64,000 nt of DNA from Camelus ferus (lineage: Eukaryota): NCBI RefSeq assembly GCF_009834535.1, contig NC_045696.1, positions 20,090,001 to 20,154,000 of the forward strand, given 5' to 3'. Below, one piece after another: positions 1-11,700 of the stretch. Below the pieces are notes generated by a model. It made no database searches. It worked only from the letters and a program-made list of their open reading frames with translations, and had not been told where the DNA came from. The position numbers and the translations under genes were made by a program. Each line of letters begins with the position of its first letter. The stretch's first letter is position 1.

Positions 1-1200
1 AATAAACAAATAAAACTTATTTTCTTGAAGATCACATGACAACAAAAGACTCCAAAATAATCTGGAAATTTTACAGTGTTGCTATTTATAAAGCAACAAA
101 AATACTAATATATTTAAGAATAAATAAAACAAAAATTTGTAAGGACTTTATAGCTAAAATCTATGAAATATGATTAAAAGAGATTACTGATGACCAGAAT
201 AAATAACATGTTTATTTATAAAGACTCAGTATTCAGTTCTCCTTAAATTTATTTACATATTGGTAATACTGATCAAAATGTTCACAGGCTTCTTTTCTTA
301 GACGTTAATAAACAGATTATAAATTCATATGGATATGCAAAGTGTCAAAAAAAGACAGAGTAGTAGAAGAACAAACCTAGGGATATTATAGTATCAAATA
401 TAGTTCTACAGTAAGGATACAGCTACACTTACACATTGTGTTCAGAAAAAAAGAATAAAAGGAAAAACAATATGGACAGGCTGTAGATTCTGGGAATGCA
501 TCAAAACATATGATGTCAATTCATAATGGTGGTGATACTCCAGCGAAGGGGTAAATGACTGTGATCTCAATACATGTCAACTGAACATCTATTTCTGAAA
601 AGGAAGAATCTTCACCAGTACCTCACACCATACATAAAAATGAATCACAGATCTAAATATAAAAGAAAAAAATCATAAAAGTTTCAGAAAGAGGCAACAA
701 AAAACAATGTTTGATCTTAGAGCAGAAAATAATTTCTAAAACAGGATGTGAAATTTGCAAAACAAGAAAAAATTAAACTACATTAAAATTAAGAACTTTG
801 ATTCATCAAAAGGCATCAATGAGGAGTGAAAATTTAAACCACAAAGTGGAAAATGATATTTGCTACTCATATATCTAATAAAGATCTCATAGCCAAAATA
901 AATAAGTAATCTTTATAAATCAAAGAAAACCAGATAACCAGATTACTTTTAATGGGCAAAAGGCTTAAACAGTTTGCAAAAGAGACAATTCAAAAGGCAG
1001 ATGAACATTAGAAATAATGTTCAAACTTATTAGTCATCAGAGAAATACACATTAAAGCACCAAGTTGATACTACTATTCAACTAAATGGCTAAATTTAAA
1101 AACATAGACAATATCAAGTATTAGTGAGAATGTGGAGCAGCAAGAACTCAAATATAGTATGAATAAAACGTATATTTTTAAAACCATTTTAGATAACTTT
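1..1200 (+). mobile_element. Old L1 (L1M-type) ORF2 3' half, highly decayed, runs off window start
   Basis: A-rich strand with L1 ORF2 landmarks: 'tacctcacaccatacataaaaat', 'aatgggcaaaaggcttaaacag', 'ttattagtcatcagagaaatacacattaaagc', 'gagaatgtggagcagcaagaactc'; no intact frame. Confidence 0.85.
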
Positions 1201-1269
1201 ATGGAAGTGTATCTATCATCTATCTATGACACGGGTTCTACATGTTCCACATGGTTATTATATGTATGC

Positions 1270-1915
1270 ATGTATATGTACGGAGCTCAGATCCCACAGG
1301 TTAAGGGCTCATTCCTACAAGACTGCCCCCACTTCAGACACCTGGTTTCCCAGTATATTCACGCTACTATCACCAACTACAAACTTGAGGATTTCCGCGA
1401 CCTCTTCCTCAGGTTTGACAATTCTCTAAACAACTTGCAAAACTCAGGAAGGTGCTCTATTTACAATTATTGGTTTATTATAAAGGATACAACTCAGGAA
1501 CAATCAAATGGAAGAGAACCATGGGACAAAGTATGAGGGTTGGGGGTGCAGGGCTTCTACCTAGTGCCACACCGTCCCAGCACATTGATGTATTCATCAA
1601 CCCAGAAGCTCTCCAAATCTCATTGATCAGGAGTTTTTGTAATCCAATATCTAGTCCCTCTACCCTCTCCAGAGGTCAGAGGGTGGGGCTGAAATTCCAA
1701 CCCTTTAATTGTGTGATTGATCCTCCTGGTGACCAGCCCTCACCCTGAAATTATCTAGGGGTCCCACCATGAGTTAATTCCTATGGCATCAACTCGGGTG
1801 TTGTAAAGGACTCTTTATTAATAACATAATGCTCCTATCACTCAGGAAATTCCAAGTGTTTTAGGAACTCTGTGTCAGGAACCAAGGAGAGAGATCAGTT
1901 ACATATATTTTTTTT
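1270..1915 (-). mobile_element. MER21-like solo LTR
   Basis: 'cagatcccacaggttaagggctca..caagactgcccccacttcagacacc' and 'ctatcactcaggaaattccaagtgttttaggaactctgtgtcaggaacc' match the reverse complement of MER21 as I recall it; ends approximate. Confidence 0.75.
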
Positions 1916-3960
1916 AAATTCCATGGTATGCTAAAAAGAATATTTTCTAGGTATGAAAAGGCTGTAGAACTCCCCTGAGATTTTCATTTTTCTAAATGTC
2001 TTCTGCAGCTTGCAAGTGTTCCCTAAATCAGATTTCACTATTAAATTATTTTGGAAAATGAAACATCATCTACCCTTTAATGATTGTACGCACAATAATA
2101 TATTATAGCTTTGTCCATACCTGCACTTAGGAAACCTGGGTAATTTTGTTTGATCTAGAATTTTCCACATATTTAAACATAAAATCTTTTTATGTGCTTG
2201 TGGAATGCTACAAAATAACCAAAGGAAACTGCAGTTTCAAGGAACATATTTTTGAAAAACTGTCATTTTCATTTTTTAATCCCTTTTCCATATAATGTTA
2301 GGAAAGCACTATGCCAAGGAAGAAAAAAAACAGTAAAGTATTATATGTAAAATCCACATGATAAATGAAACCTAAGTTTTCTGTAAGTCTGTAAAGGATT
2401 TGTCTATCAAAATTTATATCTTGTGAACTCATTCCAAAGTCAAATTTAACTAACAGGTGAATATTTGTGTGTGTTTTTTAAATATTTGTGTGTTTTTATC
2501 TGTTGATCATGTTTTGGGGTATACTTATATCTATACCTGTATTTATACCTGTATCAGCATTTTAACTCCTCTGAGATTCAACCTCTTACATTCTAGTAAC
2601 CAAACTATTCTTTCTTCTGTTTAATTTAGATACAATGACTGTCCTCATGATCTCCATTGTTGTACCTTTATCACAGATCCATAGAAGGGATTTACCATTC
2701 CTGAAGTAGTGGCTGTATGCTATACATTATTAGTTCTTCCATCTCCATTTCCTCAAACTTTAACTCCCAAATGCAATCTTTGAAGGGCAGGTCAAATGCT
2801 AAACTGAGCATAGTTGTCACCGTAAGTGTTCTAAGACCTAAGAGATTTCCTCCGAGGCAGTCGTTTTGCTGATTGACTTTATTTAGTTGAGTAATTACTT
2901 GAAAGCTCCAATATAGTTATATTTTGGGGGGATTCACAATTTTATGAAAATTGACTTTCCGGCAGCAAATGGCAGTTAATAGCTACCTGTGATTCTCAGA
3001 TTCCATATCAAGACTTGTCATTCAGTTTTAATTCCTTGACAGAGAATATGTGTGTGTATTTATACATAAATGTGTGTATGCATATTTTCATATTTATGCG
3101 AGTGTGCACATAGTTATAACTCACCTTTATGTTGCCAAGGCAGTAGACTAGCATGCCACTTGGAAAAGTTTTCTGAATTTGTCGTTTACCCCTGTCTGGG
3201 TTTTAGAGCGATCTCCCTCTTGAGTATGAAGGAACAATATGAAATTGGTGCTTCAAATTGTTATGACTCTGAATGATTGGTGAAGAAAATGCACATGCCA
3301 GCTTCATTGACTGCTCTGTTCTAGACTGAAAATGCTCTGCTTGTTTAGTAAATTTCTATTAAGTATCTTATTTAGTAATATATTTGATAATGACTCCTTG
3401 GATTTTTTTATTTCCACCAGTTTGAATACTTCCCAAAATAACAGTCTCTTCACTGTTTTCTTTCTTTCTTTTTTTTTTTTTTTTTTGGTTTTTGTTTTGT
3501 TATGGAATGTATTAGAATAGAGAATCTAATACTAAAGACTATATTTTTTTCTCCACTGTCCACAGTCTTCATTCAGAGTCTTCGTCATGAAATATCCCTG
3601 AGGCTGTGGTTCCCTGCCTCAAGTATAGGGAACTGTCCTAGTGTGTCTATTAATTCATGAAAGATATGCCATGCCAAGATCAGGACATTCAGAATATAAA
3701 AGCTTATAAATTGTCATGAGAATGGCATTTTTCTATCCTCTCTTTTTTATGTTGCAACTTTTAACCTCCTCACTGAGTTCTGGGCCAGTTTTCTACATGC
3801 ATCTGTGATGGTTGTAGAAGGTGAAGTTAGCAATGTTCCAATTTCTACGTTAATGTGGCAACCAACATAACAATCTGCTTTGCTCTCTGGTTTTCTGCTT
3901 TACCCAGTTTAATGTGAACTGGAGTCAAGACACCATTTTAAACTCATTCTATGAATAAGG

Positions 3961-3982
3961 GTGTGTGTGTGTGTGTGTGTGT
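3961..3982. repeat. (GT)11 microsatellite
   Basis: Perfect dinucleotide run. Confidence 0.95.
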
Positions 3983-4579
3983 CGGTAGAGTGGGTGCTTA
4001 TGTGTTATGACTTTCTCGTTTCCCACTTGAGTGAAGTCTAACAATGATGGAGCCTCTTGGTCATAGAGAAGTTCTCAGTCTCCTTAAAAGTCCTGAGTTG
4101 AGGCTGAAATAACCTAGATTTATTCACCAAGCGAGGTGAGTCCCAACTGCTTGTTCTTGGTCATTGCCTGGCTTTCTGAGTCTCATTCCTTGGTTTCCTT
4201 CTGCACTGACTTTTGAAAATAATATTTTCGTATTATTAAAAAGCTAAAATTCTTTTCAACTTCTTGTGCCAGAAGGTCTCACACTCCACATATGTTTCCT
4301 TGGCAGTTTCTCTGCTGTCAAACTCTTCATCGAATGCAAGTAAGCAGTCAAGTTCCAGTAACGTTGCAGTCTTGGTTTTCACCTCAGGCACCACCCCAAG
4401 GATCGGCCCCTAAAGCCTACATTAACTGTCAGTGTTTCTCAAGCTCTCAGAACTTTTATGCTAAAATGTTTCTTTCTATAGTCAGTGCACCTTTCAAACA
4501 TTTCACCTTTCAATACTTTCTCTTCTTCCTCTGTAGAATTCCTTAGTTTTCTGTACCTGGTACAGCCCAGATGAGGCTA

Positions 4580-5495
4580 TGTGCAAAAAAGAGCTAACAC
4601 AGCAGGCTTGAAATCACTAGTCCTCAAAACATCTATTTGCAAAATCGGTCCTTGGCTGCTTCTGAGATTTAGGGAGGGTTCTCATCATTCCCAAAATGAA
4701 TAAGAATGACTTAATATGCCTAGACTGTTTATGTAAACAATATGGTTTATGCTGAACACCTGCTTTTCTTCTGGGAGTCTGGAATTTTGGAACATGCTAG
4801 GCAAAGTGTGTCTACGTGATCAGCTCTCAATTAAAATCCTGGGCACGGAGGCCCTAATCCACTTCTGTGGTAGACAGCATTTTACACGTGCTGCCCCAGC
4901 TTACTGTGGGAGAAATTAAGCACATACTGTGCGACTCAGCTGGAGGAGGACTCTGAAGCTTGCACTTAGTTTCCTCTGAAAAGGCATTGTGTTAGTTAGC
5001 TCGGGCTGCCATGACAAAATACCATAGACTGAGCAGCTGAAACAAAGGAAAATTACTACAGTTCTGGAGGGTGGGAGTCTCAGGGAAGGGGGCCAGCACA
5101 GCAGGGTTCTGGTGAGCATGTTCTTCCTTGCTTGTAGCTGGCAGCCTTCTCATTATGGCCTCACATGAGGGTGAGATAAATAGATGTGGATAGATAAACA
5201 GAGATAGAGATAGAGGTGACTGAGGGAGATAGAAAGCTGTTGGGTGTTTCTTCTTATAAGAGCTCTAATCCCATCAGGACTCAACTCTCTTGACCTTCTC
5301 TAATCATAATCACCTTCCAAAAGCCCTATCTCCAGACACCACCACACTGGGAGTTAGGGCATCAGTATATGTATTTGGGGAAAACACAAATATTCAGTGT
5401 ATAACAGGTCCCATGCACCTTTTTCTTTTGCTAATTTTGCTTTATCCTTTTGCTATAATAAATTATAGCTTTGAGTCTGACTATATAGTAAGTAA
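4580..5495 (+). mobile_element. MER68-like LTR, split by an MLT1A insertion
   Basis: 'aacaatatggtttatgctgaacacctgcttttcttctgggagtctggaattttgg' up to 4987; similarity resumes at ~5407 ('cccatgcaccttttcttttgctaattttgc...ataataaattatagc'). Confidence 0.75.
4988..5406 (-). mobile_element. MLT1A/MLT1A0-like MaLR solo LTR nested in the MER68-like LTR
   Basis: TG...CA ends: 'tgtgttagttagctcgggctgccatgacaaaataccatagactg' ... 'acacaaatattcagtgtataaca'. Confidence 0.85.
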
Positions 5496-5544
5496 CAGCC
5501 AAACCTCAGGTTTATATATAAAAACACTATATAGGACTGATGCC

Positions 5545-5602
5545 ATATATATATACATACATACATACATATATATATATACACACACATATAAATATAT
5601 AT
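5545..5602. repeat. Compound (TA)/(TACA)/(CA) microsatellite
   Basis: Direct reading. Confidence 0.9.
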
Positions 5603-5872
5603 GTTTGACCCTTGAACAACACAGGTTGGAACTGCACCAATCCACTTATACATTTTTTTCAATTAATACACAGTTGGCCTTCCATCTCCAAAGGTTCCGC
5701 ATCCATGGATTTAACCAACTGTGAATCATGTACTATGTTTAGGATCTGTGGTTGGCTGAATCTGTGGAGGCAGAATCTGTGCATAGGAAGGGCCAATTAT
5801 GGGACCTGAGCATCTGTTGATTTTGGTATTGGTCCTGGAACTAGTCCTTCCCAGATATGGATGGGCTGGTGA
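5601..5872 (-). mobile_element. MER8/Tigger2-like non-autonomous TcMar-Tigger DNA transposon
   Basis: TIR-like 'ttgacccttgaacaacacaggttggaactgc..tccacttatac' and 'tgagcatctgttgattttggtattggtcctggaactagtcc' motifs. Confidence 0.75.
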
Positions 5873-5875
5873 CTC

Positions 5876-5925
5876 GTGTGTGTGTGTATGTGTATGTGTA
5901 TGTGTTTGTGTGTGCATACATATAA
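5876..5925. repeat. Compound (TG)/(TGTATG) microsatellite
   Basis: Direct reading. Confidence 0.9.
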
Positions 5926-8559
5926 AAATACATGATGGGGTGTTAATAATATAAAACATCCTATATGTATGAAAGACATAAGGTAAATGAGTGGAGTCTT
6001 ATTAGTAGACTGTACTCACTTCAGTCATGATCCTTACTTGAAGGGTTCAATCAGAATTTCGTATCTAAATCAATAAACAGATCGGTTTGTTTCTTTTGAC
6101 TCGTGGTGCCTACCTTCCTCTGTTAGTTTTAAATTGTCATGTCTTTGGTGGAAGAGCATGTGCACAACCTCTCTGTTTTTCATGAGTTGTGAGGCACAAA
6201 GCTTTCTGGATAGGTTCATTTGCGAACTTCCTAATATATTCTTTAAAGCTAATTCTTTTAAAAATAGATTTCGGTCCTTCTCTAAAGCAAAACAAAATGC
6301 CAAACATTTACTTAATAGCTCAAAATATTGGCTGAAGCCCCAAAGTGAGGGACAGTCCATGACATATTAAAGGGAGGTTCTTAAAACATATTAGCAGGAC
6401 TTGCTGAGCCACGGCCAACAACAGGTTCTCTGATTCTCACCCAGCAAGCACTTTTAGCCAAGCAGAAAAGAGATTTATGAGAGGAGTATTATTTAAATAT
6501 AGTACCTGTCATTGCTCGACATTTACCTTTTCTGTAACTTTAAGCCACATCTGTATAGTGGAATTGAACTTCAAGACTGGTGAAGTTTTAGTCTATGCCA
6601 GGAAAAAGGGATGCCAAATACTCATTAACATGTGTTGGTTTAGTGCTTCTATCGGAAAATTGCAGAGCATAATGAGACTTTGGGTGGGGGTGGGGGGGCA
6701 ACTTGAACTATTGAAACTGAGCCTGACTCTTCCCTGGAGAAGTCCAAAGATGAGCGGCAGCTTGGAGTTGTCTGTGATGATAGCAAAATCTGTTTTCTAG
6801 GCTGCAGTGAGAGCCGTCTTTGTTTCCAAAGTTTGATTCATGAAAAATAAGGAGCCCTCTTCTGAGTGAAAGGGCTGTGGCAAAAGAAAACTAAACTAAT
6901 CTAGACACCCTTTGACTTTTTCCAAGTAGACTGCATGTGAAAGGGAGGGGACCTCAACAGAAAAAAAAAAAAAAAAAAAAAAGAATGCTTGTGTATCGTT
7001 AATTTTGTTGTGGGAAATCTCAGGATGAGCTGGCGTGTGTACTGTTCTGAAGTCCAGGACAATCCTTGGGGCAGTAGGGAGAGGCGTGAGAACACACGTG
7101 AGACAGGGACTTCTGACTCAGAGGGACCCCAATGGCAGTTACCAATGGTCTCAGCCAAGCGAGATCTTTTGTTCCACTCTCTCTTCCAATACCAATACCC
7201 TTCTCCATCCAATTTAGTCTAGTGTGTTTAAAATTGCTAGTTGTTAAGCATTAAAATTTAGTCTAATCTTTTTTGCTTCTCTCACGGACGCTAACAAGGT
7301 CAAAGTGGGTATTTTCTTCCTTCTACTCTTTAATATTTTATTTCAGATTACATATTCTGTTCTGATTCTAGACAAGCTCACTGCCACAGTTAATATGAAT
7401 AAATTCTGTTCTATGAAAACAATTCGTTGGGAGGAAAGATTTATTTTTTCAAACAATATTTAAATCTCCTTTTACTGATATGACTGTATTATTTCTACAA
7501 CACCCTAAATGAAAATTATTTTGAGTATAAAGAAAGGAATCAATAAGAGCTATTAAAAATCCCTTAAAATAAATTAATGTTATTAATTCTTAGTCCAATG
7601 TGATTCTATTATGTGTGTAACACATCGGGAAAATAAGACAGCAGTATCTCAAATATTTTCTTTGGAGGTGAAATTCTTGGACTTAAGCATATTAGTTCCA
7701 GAAAGGGTAAGTATAGTATTAAGCTGCTGTATATGCTATTTTTCCCTTTTCTGCTTTTCCTGTAAATACTTAAACACAAGGCAGTTAATGTTTTTACCTG
7801 AGGCTTTATTTTAAAGCAAATAATGCCATTTCTTTTCCGCCCTCATTTTCACGACTACCGTTATCACTTGAGGTTGCCTGAAGGAGCAACCAGATTCTCT
7901 TTTAGGCCAATAGGAGAATCACCTGAGAAGATTAAACAAGAATAGTTTCTCTCCAGAACAAGGGAAGTCACTCAGCTGTTACAGGAGTGTTGCGAAATCT
8001 CAGTTCATCAAAGTAAAAGCAAATTTCCCTTGGGTCAGGACGTACAGCCCCGCCATCATGGTAAATTACCAGTGGTAGTTTGAAGTCAGGGAATTCAGCC
8101 TCTCACTTAACACAGTCAGCAAGAGGTGAGTCAACCTTAATATCCACCAGCAGCTGGCAAAATATGAATGCCATGACCCTTCATTGATTGTGGCTTTTCT
8201 CAAATAAAATTGTATAAAAATGGACCCACAGACAGGTCAACTTTCTCATTTTTATGTTATTTTTTGACTTAGAGAGAGTAATGACAGTGCAGTCTTAAAT
8301 CAGTAGCCTTCCTCTCTCGTACCAACAATAAAGCAGCTGTCTGTTCATTTATGAATTTGCAGCAAGAATACATCAGTATGATCAACTGTATACTTAGCCG
8401 TATGCTCTAAAGCCAAACCATTCGCCACATTTGGCTGTTGGGGAATGGGAGGCAGTCTGGGGTATTCAGAAGGAATTGACAGCAACTCCACAGCAGGGGC
8501 AGAGCGCTGCGCTGTATGATGGAGTGTGCCCCCAGGCCTGAGCAAGGTGGTGACCCTAG

Positions 8560-8745
8560 AGAAACAATGGGATCTAAATTTTGTCTGTTGCTTATTTGTA
8601 GATGACCTTGGGCAAATGCTAACAATGACTGTTGTCTTTTTTTTTTTAACCTTAAAATTAGGCTAGTTAAACTTAACTTCTGTGGTACTTGTGATAAATA
8701 GAAATACTGTTCTTGGCATATAGAAAACAATGAATTGTAGTTATG
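8560..8745 (+). mobile_element. MIR SINE remnant
   Basis: Core 'tgaccttgggcaaatgctaac...aaaattagg' and tail 'cttggcatatagaaaacaatgaattgtagttat'. Confidence 0.65.
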
Positions 8746-11700
8746 TGTGTGTATATATATATATATGTGCTAGAATACAAAGACTTACTTATCATGATGG
8801 GCATCAAGAAAAAGTCCATTTTTAGGTAGTAATAGAATTGTGATATTAAAAAGTGATAAAGTGGTGAATGTACTTGGTGGATACCTAAATGAGAACACTG
8901 AGACACTGGGAAATGATTGATTCCTCTCCATTAAGATTTTTTTTTAAGTATAAGTAATCTGGTATGTCTCACTTCTTAAATTTCCATATACTTCTCCCAG
9001 AGACTTGGAATTGCACAATATTTTCCATGAAATTATTAATAATACCCAATGAAAAAGCCTTTTAAAAACTGTTGAGATGCCACCTTTGAATTTCTAAGGC
9101 ATTTTTAATGTTCTTAAATAATAAACAGTTATTTAAAATAACTGGAAACTGTAGACCATCAAAAAAATGAAGTCACCTGTAGTCCCTCCACTCAAAGATA
9201 ATTAATAGATCACAAAACTTTAAATTCAGTCCTAGTTCTCTGTTCTTGCTATATTGCATAATATTCTTTGTTTCAGAAATTAGGACATAATTGTATAGAA
9301 TATAATGTCTGTAATGGAAAAATACCAAAGCAGTAAAATGTATAAATTTACATAATCAAGTTATTATTATAATAACGGTAATGATACAATTTTGAAATAT
9401 GTACTTTTAAATAAAGGAAGCATCTCTTTGGGTGGAAATGGTGGCATAAATTTCTGTAAACAGAATTAGTAAAAACTGTTTATCAATGAGTGCTTAAGTA
9501 GCCCAGTGAAAAGTAACAGAATGCTACAAGGTTTAAGGAAGAAGTTTTTCAAAATCAGCTGGAAATTCTGCTTAAGTTAAAATAATTATTTCAGGTTAGT
9601 TAAGCCTGTGTTATAGAGGAGGTAGGGAAATAAGAAATTGGCAGCTTAAGGAGAAATGAAGAGCTATGCTAGTTTTATGCTTAAACCAGTAATAATACAC
9701 TGGTTAGAAGGTGAGAGCCATACCAATTAGTGCAAATTGCTTGAGTCACTCACTCTATGCCTGGATGTTTATTTGATCATTTAGTTAGGGCTCAGAAATA
9801 AGAGTTTGCAACGCGTTGTGCTGTGTAACTTGGGCTTCCGGGGTCTAACCTTTCCTTTATAGAGATTCTGGCTAAATTCAACAAAGCCCTATTTGCAAGG
9901 CCAGGTCAACAGTGAAAAGAAAGCCTGAGCTTTCCCTGGCCCCTCGCACAGAAAGAATTATCAGGGTCAGGGTGCTCGGGCATGCAGGCTAGTAGTTTAT
10001 GTTCTCGTGGAGGGACAGTGACTTCTCTTATTCTTCATTATATGGACAAGAGTGAGACAGTCGTCTTGTGATTGGGGAAAACAAAGGGAGCTTGGTCTCC
10101 GGCAGCCTGGAATGTTAATGCCAGCTATTGAGAGAAGTGGCCTGGGACTACCAGCTGCACAACCTGGAGAGCCTGGTGCTCATGGGACGTTACATCCTCT
10201 CTTGTCAAGGAACAGCAACAGTTCGTCCTGTGGGAAGCTGAAATGGGTGTGGCCCCACCTGGGGAGAGAAGGTGGCGCTGGGATGTCATGGCGGAACTCC
10301 CAAGGATCTCAACTAGCTCACTGATGAGTAAATTCAGGGTAAATTTCCATGGTTTTGGAATAATAAATTTTATTCATTTCACCACAAAATGACTGGAGGG
10401 AGGCATTTAAACCAAGCCAAGTTTTTCAGTGTAAAAATACTTTGAAGTTTATTTAGATCAATTAGAGTAAGCCAGTTCTTGAAAGACATGACTCTTTCCT
10501 TGGGAAGCTATGGAACGAGATGAAATTTTAAGCTTTTATGTTGCTTCTGTGTGTTGAAAACACAGAAACAATAAATACTCAGTAAATAAATAGAAGGATT
10601 AGGGTGAATATTTTATTTTAGGTACACAGCAGAATTGAAGCAAATATGAAATAACGTCAGAGCTAAATAGTCAAAAGCCTGGTAAAACTAGACAGAAAAG
10701 CAAAGGCTTAATTCTGGCCAACTCTGGAGAGCCGTGGCTGCATACCGCAGATTGCTTCAAATGGACCGCAATGAGAGAGGGTGCATATAACGCAGTTTAC
10801 ATCTGGGCGAGTGAAATGTGTGAAACATCTTTGTCAATCATTGGTTTGATGAATCAGATTACTAGGGATACAGGCAGCTACCAACCTCATCCATGACTTG
10901 CTCTTCTCAAAGGTGATAATAGAAATGATGTAAAGGAAGACCACGGAATTGCATTCTTGAACTTGTCAGTTATTGCTTAACGCCAGTCCTGGTTTCTTTA
11001 TTTATCAAAACCTTATAACATTTTTCTTAACTTAGAGACTCAAGTGAAAATCTAGGGTGGGACAACATATGTAAACATACACTGAAAACATACATTTCTA
11101 GTATTAGACAGAATTTTTATCTGCTGTTAGACCTTGAAGAGAATAATTGTTTACACAATCTTATTATACCTCTAGAAAACCTGTTTTTGTTTTGAGGGTG
11201 TTAAAACTTTTAAAAGTAATCATTGATTTAGGTAAGTCCAATATATTGGAAATCACCATTTTTCCATAGTTCATCTTCATAAACTCTTATATGATCTATG
11301 ATATCCTTGAATGACATACTCTTTTATGTCTTCAGAAATATTTTTTTGTTCTCATCTCTACTAGGTAGTCATTCACACTTCACCATCATTTTCATCCTCA
11401 TCAGTCTACTAAAAATGAGATAGCTCTTTCTGTCCTAACAGAAAATATTCTTTAGTAAAAATGAAATGGCAATTGATTTCTAATTTTACTCCAGTTTAAC
11501 TGGATCAGCAGGAATTATTCATTGAAAAGTAGATGCTTTCAATATGACTTCTCAGGAGGGGTTATTCCATCAAGAATAAAACTTTCATATTTTATTCAGG
11601 ATAAGTGAACATAAAATCCATTCACTTATTCATGCATTCCATAAGTATTGTGCAATATCATGTATAATTCTTTATTCTGGTTTATAGGATGAAATAATCT

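Noticed and set aside
1132..1536. 134-aa ORF
   Set aside because: Spans the L1/MER21-like boundary; no recognisable domain
5290..5724. 144-aa ORF, the longest in the track
   Set aside because: Runs across MLT1A, MER68, a microsatellite and a MITE; chance read-through
8485..8512. CTCF/REST-like 'ccacagcaggggcagagcgc'
   Set aside because: Mismatches at core positions of both motifs
10622..10681. Exon after the acceptor-like 'tattttattttag'
   Set aside because: Stops in all three frames; weak donor
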